Positions 8,401 through 20,400 of a DNA stretch of 20,740 nucleotides are shown here, piece by piece (position 1 is the stretch's first letter; each line of letters starts with the position of its first letter). A program made the position numbers and the translations under genes. The stretch comes from Thermoanaerobaculia bacterium (GTDB taxonomy: Bacteria > Acidobacteriota > Thermoanaerobaculia > UBA5066), in assembly GCA_038245905.1 (NCBI GenBank), contig JBBRRY010000045.1, positions 1 through 20,740 of the forward strand, read 5' to 3'. The notes under the pieces are model-generated. The model ran no database searches, had not been told where the DNA came from, and saw nothing but the letters and a program-made list of their open reading frames with translations.

Positions 8401-11400
8401 GGTGCCCAACGCCTCCGTCCGAGTTCGCGACGCCGCGCTCTCCGTCAGCGGAAACGCCGACGCGGCCGGCCGCTTCGCCGTCACGATCCCGCTCTCGGGG
8501 AACGGCTGGCACGCCGTGCACGCCGCCGTCATCGACTCGGGCGGCACCGCCGGCCCCGAAGCGGCCGCCCTGTTCCGCGTGGACTGCAGCGCGCCGGCCG
8601 TCGTGGGTGCGACGTTCGACCGCGGATCCGGAAAGATCGCCGTGGTCTTTGCAGAGGCCATGAGAGCTTCGACCGTGACGGTCGGCGGCCCCGGCAGCGC
8701 GATCACGGTGTCAAAGGCCGACGACGCGACGAACGCCCCGCAAGCCGCGACGCTCACGCTTTCGACTGACGGCGCGACGGCGACGCTCGACCTCGGAAAC
8801 AGCCCCTCTATCTGGTGGCTGAACGCCTCCGTCCGTCTCTCGGTCGGCCCGCCGGCGACGGACGCGGCCGGCAACGTCATGACGGCCCCGTTCTCGACCG
8901 TGTTCTTCGCGGGCGGCGGGGGAGATCTCTCGGGCGGATTCCTCTCGGGCGCCGCGCTCGACGAGGAGAGCGGCCGGCCGCTCGCGGGCGCCGACGCGAG
9001 GCTTTACGCTTCCGGCGCCGCGCTGCCGGGCTCGGTTCCCGCGGTCGAGGTCACACCGGCGACGGCCTCCACGGTGACGGACGGCCGGGGCCGGTTCAGT
9101 CTCACGGGCGACATCGCCGCCGGGCGGTACGCGCTCGTCCTCTCGCGGACGGGTTACACACGCGCCGTGCGGCGGCTCGCGCTCGAGCCTGCCGTCGGCG
9201 CTGTGCCGTTCGGCAGCCGTCTCACGCCGCTCGCCGCGCAGGCGCCGTCGCTTCTCGCGGCGGCCGCCGGCGGATCCTTTGCGGGTCCCGCGGGCTCGAG
9301 CCTGACTGCCGACTTCGCGTCGAACGCGCTCGTCGCGGCGACGAGCCTTGGCGTGAGGCTCACGCCGCTCAGCGGGCAGGGCCTCCCTGAACCGCTTCCG
9401 CTCGGATGGACGCCGCTCGCGGCGGCGGAGCTGCGCCTGGTTCCGAACGGCGCCGGCGACGACGCGCTGCCCGAAGGCGCGGGCACGCCGTTCACGCCGG
9501 GCGGTGTCACGCTCACCCTGGCGCTCCCCGCGGGCATCCTCACGGCCGACCTCTACGCCGCGCGGTACGACGTCGTCGCGGGCGCGTGGCTCGCACTACC
9601 CCTTCCTGTCTTCGTCGCGGGCAGCAGCTCGACGCCGGATCGCGCGCGCGTAACGCCCACGGGCCCCGGGACGGTCGCGCTCATCGCGCCTGACGCCGAT
9701 CCCGCGACGCGGCCGGCCGTGATGCCTGTCTCTCTCGACGCGCCGCTCGTCGGTGTTGCTCTGCCGTCCACCGTGCCGACTCTGTCTGCGACGATCGCCC
9801 TCGACCCGCCCATCGTCTCGCCGATCGGCCGCGCGACGGCGCGCGTCCTCGCGAAGGCGTCCGACGGCGTGACGCCGTTCCCCAGCGGCCTCGCCGTTCA
9901 GGGCTACCTCGACGAGAAGCTCATTCTCTCGGGCGGCGCGGGCGAACTGTACGAGGCGCCGTTCAGCGCGGACCTCGTCCTCTACCACCCGCCGCTCTCC
10001 GCGGGCGACCTCGGCGGCGCGGCGCCGGGCGCGGTGGGCGCGCTCTCGTTCCGCATCTCACCCAGCCCGCGCGCGGCGCAGGTCCTCCTCGACACGGGCT
10101 ACGAGAACGTGCGCCTCTTCCCGTTCACGGACCAGCTCGAGCGTGGACAGGTGCTCGGCCCGGCGGGCGGCTCGGTGTCGACGGCGGACGGCGTCGAGCT
10201 TTTCGTGCCAGAGAGCGGCCTCGCACAGAAGACCGTCGTCTCCGCGCGGAAGCTCACGGCGGCGGAGCTGGCGGCGCTACCGCCTGTTTCCGGCTACGCG
10301 ACTGCTGCCGCCGTGCGCGTGAGCTTCTCGGGCGCGTCGCTCGCCCGCGCTGCGTCCCTCAGGCTCAACGCGCCAACCGGCCTGCCCGTCGACGCCGCCG
10401 ACGACCCGCGTTACGTCCTTGCGGTCCTCGTCGACCAGCCCGACGACGGCCGAGGCGCGTTCGCGAACGCCGTCTCGCGTGTCACCCTCCTGCCCGCGGC
10501 GGGCGCCGTGCCCGCGAGGCTCGTCGCGGCGCCCGAGGTCTCCGGCTCGCCGCTGCCGTTCCCGGGCGTCGCGGGAGAGGGCGTCTTCCTCTTCCTGCAC
10601 GCAAACGCGCCCATCGGCTTCGTGACCGGCCGCGTGGCGGCGCCGAACGGAGCGGGCATCGCGGGCTCACGCGTCACGGCCGCCGGCCTTGGCACGGCGA
10701 ACCTCTCCGTGCCCGGCGGCCCGTACGCCGTACCCGCGCCCGCGGGATCTCCCACGCTCACCGCTCTCCATCCCGTGCTCGGGCTCTCGGGTACGGGGCA
10801 GGTTCCGTCGCTTGCAAAGGGTCAGGTCGGGATGCTCGACCTCGTCCTCTCGCCTACGCCGCCCCAGATCCGTTCGCTCCAGCCCGCAAACGGCGCGACG
10901 GACCAGCCCGTCGGCTCGACCGTGGCGATCGTGTTCAGCGCGGCGCTCGATCCGGCAAGCGTCACTGCGGCGACGCTCTCCGTCTCGCTTGCCGACTCGG
11001 CGGGCGCGTCGACGGGACTCGTCTTCAGCGGCGCCATCGCGCTCTCGCCCGACAGGACGACCGTCGTCTTCACGCCAACGCGCCCGCTCCCACCCGGGCG
11101 GCGCATCGCCGCGCGATTCGTAGGAGGCGTGCGCGACGCGGCCGGCACGGCATACGGCGGACCGCTGCCGGTCGACTGGAGCTTCACGACCTCGACGCAG
11201 TTCGTCACGGGCGGCTCCGTGCATCCCGAGAAGATCCGCCTCCTCGTTCCGGTCAACGGCGTCGCCCGGGTGATCGGCGATCCCGGAGCGCTTCCCGCGG
11301 CGCTCTCAGGCACCACGCCGTGGTCCGCTTTCGCGGACGTCGACGGTCCCGTCGCGTGTCCGTCGGTCACGACCGTACCGGCGGACAGCGCCGGCGGCTT

Positions 11401-14400
11401 CACGCTGAACGCGGGCTGCCCACCGTCGTCCACCGTCACGTTTGCGAGCCGCGTCTACATCCACATCCTGGATCCCACCGGAACCGAGGCCGCGACATTC
11501 CGGCTCGGCCTCTTCACGACGCCCGACGGCAAGGGCTTCGTGGCTGTCCCGGGCGACGAGACTGTTTTCACCACCGCCGAAGGCGTCGAGGTCACGACGC
11601 CCGCGGCCGCGTTCGACACGCCCACGCTCGTCAAGGTCACGAAGCAGCCGCTCGACTCCCTCGCCGTCGCCCTGAATCCGGGCTTCGAGATGGGCGCGGT
11701 CCTCAACGTGGACTTCGACGGTACAGCGAAGGAGACGCTGCGCCTCCGAATCCCCGTCGTCACCGCGTCGCCGGTCGGCGGCCTCGTCTTCGCGGGCACG
11801 CCGTTCGAGACGCCGTGGGGCAGGAAGCTCAAGATTCTCGACGTCGGGCGCCTCGTGGACGACGGCAAGGGCGGCAAGCTCATCTCGACTGCGGAGGCGG
11901 ACCAGCCGGACGATCCGGCGCTCGTCGCGGGCGGGGCCTCGAGCGTTCGGACGGGCGGGAGAAAGGCGCAGGCGCTGCCGAAGAAGCTCCTCCAGACGAT
12001 CGCGGCCGAGTTCACGGCGCGGGCTACAGCGGGATTCATCTTCGGCGCCACGCTCGAGCTCGCGGCTATCACGGGGCATGTGGAGCCGGCGATCGTCGGG
12101 ACCACGTTCTTCATCCTCTACAACGCGCTCGCGGACGCCTTCATCTACCAGGCCATCGCACACAACTGGGACGGCCGCTACGTCCTCCCGAGCACGGGTA
12201 CCGCGTTCACGGTGGTGAAACGGGAGCTCGCCACCGGCTGGATCCTCGGACAAAAAGATTACGGTCCTGTCGCTCCGTCGCCCGGCCGGTTCGTGAATCT
12301 CGGGGAGCTCGAGCCGGGTTCCAGCGATCCACCCCGCCTCGTGGACGCGGCGCCGTTCCCCGTGATTCGTTTCAAGGCGCCGGCGGTTTCGACGGGTCAG
12401 GAGACGAACCTCCGGCTGCGGCTCGAGATGGAGGCAAACACGACGGACCAGGCGCTCGTGACCCTGCGGTCCGTCTCCGGGCTCGCGTTTGCCGACGGAA
12501 CCGTCGTCTCGCTCTACAACCTGACACAGGGAACGTCGGTGAAAGCGACGGTCTCGGGCGGCTCGTTCACGGCGGGCCCGGTCGCTGGGAAAGCCGGCGA
12601 CGATCTCCTCGCGCTCGTCCTGGCGTCGGACGTCGAGACCGACGGCCTTACCGATCTCACCTTCGAGTTCAGCCGTCCGCTGCAGAGCGTCGCGGATCCC
12701 CGGACACTCGTCGCCCTGACGGACGTGGAGACGGGAGCGCCCGTGGCGATGCAGGCCTTCCTCGAGGCCAGCTCCACGCGTCTTCGTGTCCAGCTCTACG
12801 GCGCGCTCGGGCGAGGGCGCGACTACAAAGTCGAGCTCTCGAGCATTTTCTCGGACAACGGGGTTGCCTACCATGCGTCCGATCCAACCGTCTTCACGTT
12901 CCGGACTCGCCGCGCCCAGCAGGATCCAATCGGAAGCACCCTCGGACCTGGCCTCTCGCTCGGCGACACGGACTCGGCGCGCGACGTCCTCAAATTCGGC
13001 AACCTCCTTCTCGTCGGCTCCGGTAACGGGCGGCTCCTCGCCGTGGACGCGTCCGACCCGGCGAAGCCGGTTCTGTTCGCGCGGCTCACGCCGTCGGCCG
13101 GGGACCAGGTCCGGGCCTTCGCGACGGATGGCCACAACCGACTCTTCTACAACGCGCGGTTCGGGTCGACCTGGGCCATCAAGGCGGTCCGGGTCGAGGA
13201 CGTCTGGAATGCCAGCTTGGCGAATTGCCCGTCCTCGGCCGGCGATCCCGGTTGGCTTGCCGCGCTCCCGTGCTTCCTGCCCGTGGACGGGGGCGTCAAG
13301 GCCGCGTTCGCTCTCGGCTCCTCCCTCGGGCTGACCGGGTCGGAATACCTTTCGCTGATGGGCGGGCTCGGGACCGGCATGCCGGCGGGCCTGGAGGCAC
13401 TCGCCGCGAACGACGTCGTCGGACCTTATCCCGCCGAGGAGTTCTTTCAGAGGATCGCGGGCTCGGGCACCTACCCGGTGGGACCGCCCTCGTCTCCCGA
13501 CCCCGGTGTCGACGTGACTCTCACCGTGAGCACGGCCGGCCACGTCTTCGACCGGGGCGTCGCCCCGTGCGGCGAGCCCTCGTATGACCGCAAGCAGCGC
13601 GTCACGGTCGACAACCTCACGACGGGGCAGAGCTGGTCGATCGACGTCGCGAACCCGTCCAACTCCGGGACGACGGCGAGCGTCCGCATCCATGCCCGCC
13701 GTCGCGATGTGATTCAGGTCCGCTACAACAAGACGGCCATCGGGTACGTCGCGATCGTCGGCAGCGGCGTGACGGTGGTGGACCTGAACCGCTTCTACGA
13801 TTCGCCGTTGCCTTCGGGTTCGGCGAACCAGATCAACCGGGGCGAGTGCCAGAGGCGGCTCGGCACTTACGAAGGCGCCGACGCGACGTTCGGACCTTGC
13901 TCGGGGGCCTCCCCGACCAGCCTCTCGAACACGCCCGCGCTTGCCGTGGTGCCGGGCCATGCCGAAAGCGCCTCCATCGACGTGTTTTCGGTCCTCACGC
14001 ATTTTGGAGCCGGGAACCTCGTCTCGGATGCAAACGCGCCGGGCGCGCTGCAGGCCGTGGAGATGCGATGCCTCAGGGACGCGGTCCCGTCCGTGCCGCC
14101 CGCGGCGGCCTATCGGGCCGCGGCCATCGCGCTCGGAACGACGTGGATGGACGTCGGCGCGGTCGCGGGTTCCTCCGGGAAGTTCACGAAACCGAACCCG
14201 GCGCCGCCGCCAACCGAACTGAACGGGGACCTCCTCTTCTACTCGCTCGGCCCCGCCGGCGTCGCCGTTTTCGACGTCACGTTCCGGCCGACGATGAACT
14301 TGATCGGGCGGTTCTGGAGGAAGGATCACTCGGTCTACCGGCTCGCGACGGACCGGGCGGGGAAGCGCCTTTTCGCCGGGGGCCAGGACAAGGACGGCAA

Positions 14401-17400
14401 GGCGATCATCGACGTCTGGGACATCGGGCGGGCGAACGGCGGACCCAGCAGCGACGGGAGCTATCCGCCCTCCGTGGATTCGGTAGATCCCCGACTGCTC
14501 TTCACGCTCAATGCGCCATGGGACACGAACCACCTCGGGCTCGACGAGGACACGGGGCTCCTCTATACCTGGGGCTCGCGCGCGGACGGGAAGACCGGCG
14601 GCTTCGTCCTCGCGACACGCGATCCGCAGTTTGTGTTCAGCGGCCTCTTCCGTCCCGTTGGCGAGACGCGGGACCCGATTGCCGGCGGCCCGCCCCTTCC
14701 CAGCGCCCAGCGAACGATCGACAAACTCACACCGCTCATACCGCTTGGCGTCGCCATGCGCGTCCTGCCGAAGGATGAAGCGGACCCGGAGAAGGCGAAG
14801 ACCGACGAGCGGGCGGCGACCGCCGCTTTCAAGCTCCGCGTCGCGCTGCCTGGCGTGCTGAAGGAGAAGCTCTACGCGAGGGTCCAGTCGCTCCGCGCGC
14901 TGCCGGACGAGCGCCTGCTCGCGCGCGAGAACGTCGGGCCTTTCGTCGCCGCACCGGGCGGCGACGGCTGGCCGGAGCGGGACGTGTCGATCACGCTCCG
15001 CCGGCTCGTGCCCGCGGGAGCACCGACGGCGGAGAAGCTCAAGCCCCCCTACAACCTGTACGAGTCGGACGAGGTCATCCTCCTAATCGCCGACCCGCGC
15101 GCGCGGGCCGACTACTGGAAGGGGAAGCAGACGCTCGCCCCGCCGGCGACGGCCGACGAAAACACGCAATGCCGGCGCTGTGGCCGACCGTCCTACCTGC
15201 CCGTCAAGGCGGACGACCCGACGCTCAAGGTGAAGGAGCTGCTCGCGGGCGGCCCGTGGATCCGGGCGTTCCTCGCCGAGCCGCCGGGCGGTGACGCCGA
15301 CACGCGCGCGGCGCTCGATTACTTTGACTCGACCGAGGACAACTACCCGAGACCTGCCGGTGCCGTCCAGTCGCTCGGCTTCGCCGACGAGGTCCCATCG
15401 CCCGTGCAGATCGCGCTCGCGGAGCCCGCGCTCAACGCGGCGTCATGGAGCGCCGAGGCCGGAGCGAGCGTTTCGCTCGTGTCGGGCGAGGCATTGCTCG
15501 CGGCGACGGACCACGCCGTGGAGGGCCGCGGCGTCGGGTTCGTGTTCGACCGCACGTACCGCTCGGGCGTCCTCGGCTATGGTTCGCTTGGAGCCGCGGG
15601 CTGGGGCTCGTCGATGTTCGCGCGCCTGCGCCTCCTTCCGGCCACGAAGGAGGTCGAGCTCCACGACGGCAGCGGCCACGTCTTCAGATTCTCGCCGCCG
15701 GTGGAAGGCTCGTGCGCACTGCCGGCGCTGCCGGGGCCGACCCGCGACGTACCGACGCACGAACTGGACGGCGGCTGGTGCGTCCCCAGAGGCCTTTATC
15801 TGAAGCTGGACGTTGTCGGCGAGGGCGATTCGTACCGCCTCCTGGGGCGCAACCACGACACGATGCTTTTCGACTCGTCGGGCCGCCTCGTGCAGCTCTC
15901 CGACCGCATTCGCCATGGCGCGTCCGACCCGAAGAAGCAGGGCAACACGCTGCAGCTGTTCTACGACGGCGCGGGCTTCCTCATGGGCGCAGAGGACGAG
16001 ATGGGGCGGTCCTACCGATTCACGTACGACAAGGAGCCGCTCCTCGCGGGCGGCGACCCGAACCCGAAGTACGCTCTTCTGAAGACCGTCGAGGACTTCG
16101 CGACGCCCCCGCGCGTCGTGACGTTCCGGTTCGACGACGAGCGGAGACTCACGGAAGTCCAGCTGCCCGCCGTCACGAACCCAGACGCCGAGTTCAAGCA
16201 CGACGCGCCCATCGTCCGATACAAGTACGAGTACGCGAAGACGCTGGCGTCCACCGCACCCGCCAACGGACCGGACTTCTCGAAGCTGAAGCTCACGAGC
16301 TTCCTCCTGCCCGACGCAGACGCCCCACGAATCGCCTTCGACTACGCTCCAGCGACGGGGCGTGTCACCACGCTCACGCTGCCGCCCAGCGCCGTGGGCG
16401 GCACCGGCACGGCGTGGACCCTCCGTTACGTGGATCCGTCGTCCGACGCGGGTCCGACCAAGACCGTGTCCGTCGTGGCGCCCTGGAGTTTCAGCCTCGA
16501 CTACGCCCTTGATGCCGGCCGCATCACGACCCTGACCGAGAAGGTCGAGACGGTGGGCCCGGCCGACGGGGACATTCCTGACGTGGCCGTTGGGCCGCCC
16601 GTACAGACGCTCACGACGAACTACTCTTATCTCGAGGACGGACGTCTCGATTTCGTCGAGTGGCCCGACAAACACCTCACGCGGCAGAAGTACCCGGACG
16701 GCGGGGTGCGGCTCGAGCTCGCCAACGTCGTAGAGGCGACGGCCGAGCCGGGCGGGGCGCCGACGGGCCCGGCAAAGCACGGTGTTCCCGCCACGAAGGT
16801 CACGTCCTTCGTTGACAACATTGCGCAGACGATTCTCGATCCGCTCTTGCGGTCGACGACCTCCGCCGTCGCGACTGCGAACGGCTTGGCAAATCCCGCT
16901 TTCGTGGGCAATGACGACCCCGGCAAGCCCCAACCCATCCAGCCCACGGTCGGCGGGACCGCGTCATACGACCCCTACGGCCGCCTTGCGACGTTCCAGG
17001 GCAACGGCACGAACAGCACGCAAGCAGGGACGAAGTTCGGTAAGGACGCGCAGGGGCGCGAAAACGCGGGCTTCGCGACGGAGATCGCGCGGGGCGAGGT
17101 TAAGGAAACGCTCGAGTACGACACGGACGGCACGGGCCCACGTGGCAACGTGACGCACCGGACGACGAGTTTCAAGACGGAGAGCAAGTTCGATTACGAC
17201 GAGTGGGACCGCACGATCCGCGAAGAGACGGGTCTCAGCAAAGGCGATCTCGAGCAGGTGACGGACGCCATCGTCACGCGCGGCTACGACGCTTCCGGCC
17301 ACCTCGCGGTCGAGCGGCGGAAGCAGGCGGGGGTCGGAACGGGAACAGTCGAGACGCGCTACACCTACAACGACCGCGAGCAGCTCCTCAGCGTCACGGT

Positions 17401-20400
17401 CGACAACCTCGCGTCGGAGAGCCCCGGAGCCGCCGCCGGCCTGAAGGGAACGACGGCGTACTCCTACGACTCGTCGGGCCGCGTCTCGGAGGTCAGGTCA
17501 CCTCAGGGCGTGATCACGCACTACGAGTACGACTCGGCCGGGCGCGTCAAGAGCGAGCGCGTGGGCCCCACGGGGGGAATTCGTAGTCGCGGCTACGACG
17601 CGATGGGGCGGCTCGTCTGGAGGACCGACGGCGACGACGGCTTCTGGCGCGGGCGGTACGACGCCTGGGGCCGGCTCTTCCAGGAGGACCTGCCCACGGG
17701 CGCCTCGCTCGAACGTGAGTTCGACGCCGCGGGCGGCGTCCTCCGCGAGACGCTCTTCACCGGCCTTCCGGGCCTCGTCGCCTCGACGAAGATCACCGAG
17801 ACGAAGAAGCACGTCACGAGCTTCGGCGCGGTCGACCTCGTCGACGAGCTGCTCACGACCGGACCCGAGACGCACCGGATCACGAAGAAGACGTACGACG
17901 GCTCCGGCCGGCTCGTGACGGTGACGAGCGGACCGACCGATGCGATCCAGCGGACGGATCTCACGGCGGCATACGACGCCGCGGGCCGCTCGACGAGCCA
18001 GACCGACGCCGGCCAGAACGTGACGGAGTTCAGGTACACGAATGCAGCGCCCTGGCCCACGCGGATGACATTCACGGAGGCGGTCCCCGGAAAGGCTCCG
18101 GTGCAAACCACGTATTCGGAGTACGGCCGCGACGCGTTTGGGCGCGTAGTGGGCGAGAAGCGGTATGGGGGCAGCAGCGTCCTTGTCTCGGAGACCATGA
18201 CGAAGTTCGACCAGAGCGGCAACGTCCGGTCGGTCAAGACTGTCATCGGCAACGAGACCACTTTCACGTACGACGGCGCCGGCCGCCTCCTGACCGAGGC
18301 GAGGCCGACGAACGGCACGACCCAGTACGGCTACGACCTCGACGGGCGCGTGAGGCACCGCGTGTCGGGCAGCATCAGCGCGCGCCCGAACAAGACGGAC
18401 TACGGTTACGACACGTCGGGGCGCCTCGACAAGGTCGACCGTCCCGACTCGACGAGCGAGTCCTTCAAGTACAACGGCGACGACACCGTGCAGACCTGGA
18501 CCACGCGCTCAGGCATCGTCGTCACGAACCGGTACGACGCCGCCAACCGGCTCCTCTCGCGCACGCCGGCAAGGTCCTCGAACTCGAAGGCGCCCGCCGT
18601 CGACGGCGGCGACAGGTACGCCTACGACGAAGGCTCGCGCCTGAAGTCCGTCGACAGATGGGACGAGCCCGCGGGGGCAGCTGCGTTCCTGTCGAACCTT
18701 TCCGCGCGCGCCGCGTTCGCACAGTACGACGCGGCGGGCCGTCCCGGCGAGGAAAGGATCGGGGCGCGCTCACCGTTGACGCGCGTCTACGACACGTGGT
18801 CTCGCGAGGCTGACGTTCGCGTTCCCGACGGCGTTGGCCGCCAGGCCGCGAGCGCGTTCACGGGCTACCACCGCGAGTTCGACTCGCTCGACCGTCTCTT
18901 GAGCCTCTCGGCAGTCGGCGATACCGCGCTCGGCGCGCGGTGGGATTGGGGCGGCACGTCGCGTCTCTACGGCGTCACGACATCGAGTTCCCTCGGCACG
19001 GCGCACCGCTACAGCTTCCTCGGTTCCTACGGTCCGCAGCCCGGCGGCTCCGTCACGACTCCGTGGCAGCTCGGCGTGGTGTCGGTCGGCTCCTCTGCGG
19101 CGGGCGATGCGGCCGTTGATGCTCCCGCCTCGGTTTGGGGCCAGATGGCCTACGGCTACAAGACGGGCGACGCAACCAAGCGTGGGCGCGCCGTCATGGG
19201 AGCCGCGCCAGGCCGGGTGGGCGTCTTCGCGAACCAGGGCTGGCGCTTCACGTCCGACGACGCGCTGCGCCTGACTTCGGCCGAGGCGGGCAGCGGCAGC
19301 ATTGACGGCTCGGATCCGGCCGTCATAAGCGAGAAGTTCACGGCCGTCTACGACATCGGCGACGAGGTGAAGGTCCTCTCGCGCGAGAAGTCGGCTGTCC
19401 GGAGCGCCACGTTCGTCCCGGGCGTCGAAGGCCGCATCGAATCTCGCAACGGCATCGCGTTCGATCACGACCCCGAGGGCCGCCGTCTCGCGGACGATCG
19501 CTACACCTACGCCTGGGGCTGGCGGGGTGAGCTCCTGTCGGTCAGCGTCAAGGATTGCTGGCCCGCCGAAAACGGCGAGTCCCATGCTCCCGACTGCCCC
19601 TCGGGCTTCACGCGCCCGCGTTTTGCCGGCCACAAGGTCCTCTACGAATACGATGCCCTGGGCAGCCTCCTCGCCCGTGAGGAACGCGGCGAGCCGGCGT
19701 CGCCGGGCGACGAGGCCACGCGGCCCTTCTACGAAAGGCGCGAATACCTTTGGGACGGTACTCGCCTGCTGGCCGAGGCGGGCCGCGCCGCCGACGGCGG
19801 GCTCCTGTGGAGGAAGTCCTACGTCCCCGGAGCCAGCGGCCTCGACGACGCTGTCCAGCAGCGTGTCGAGACCTACGACGTCACGGGAGCCGAAGCCGCG
19901 CCTCCGAAGCTCTATGCCTTCCTGCGCGACGATCAGAACACCGTCCTCGGTCTCGTGGAAGAGCGCGACGGAGCCGACCCTAAGAACCCGCCCATTCCCG
20001 TCCGGTACCACTACAGCCCGTACGGGGAAGCCCACGCCGAGACGGCGACCGAGCTCGTGAGGGTGACGTTCGAGGATTCACTCCACAGCGTCACCAGTCC
20101 GGACGGCACGACGGCCAGCCAGACGACGGCCGCTGATGCGCGAGATGGGGGCCTCAGGATCTTCCTCACCCTCCCGGTCGACCCGTCGGTCCTGGCCACG
20201 GCCCTGACGGTCGAGAAGAGGAACGCGGACGGCACGTGGGGAGCGCTGACTGCCGCCGAGCTCGCTCTCGGACAACATCCCGGCCAGCCGGACGAGATCG
20301 AAGTCATCGCGGTAAACGGCTGGAAGCAGGGCGCGACTTACCGCGTGAGGATCAACGGCCTCAAGGACACGCTCGGCAGAACCGCGACGTCGTCGTCGCT

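Noticed and set aside
5426-8521. 1031-aa minus-strand ORF, and the similar 1075-aa ORF at 11306-14533 and others
   Set aside because: These are Arg-rich antisense shadows of a GC-biased coding strand. They have no recognisable motifs and lie entirely within CDS3.
12020-13410. Hydrophobic stretches (AGFIFGATLELAAI..TTFFILYNALADAFIY; AAFALGSSLGLTG..LMGGLGTG) as transmembrane translocation helices
   Set aside because: They are interrupted by charged or polar residues and are consistent with beta-strands or loops of neighbouring domains. There is no convincing 20-residue TM segment.
15170-15184. CRRC as a c-type heme-binding site
   Set aside because: The sequence is CRRCG, not CxxCH.
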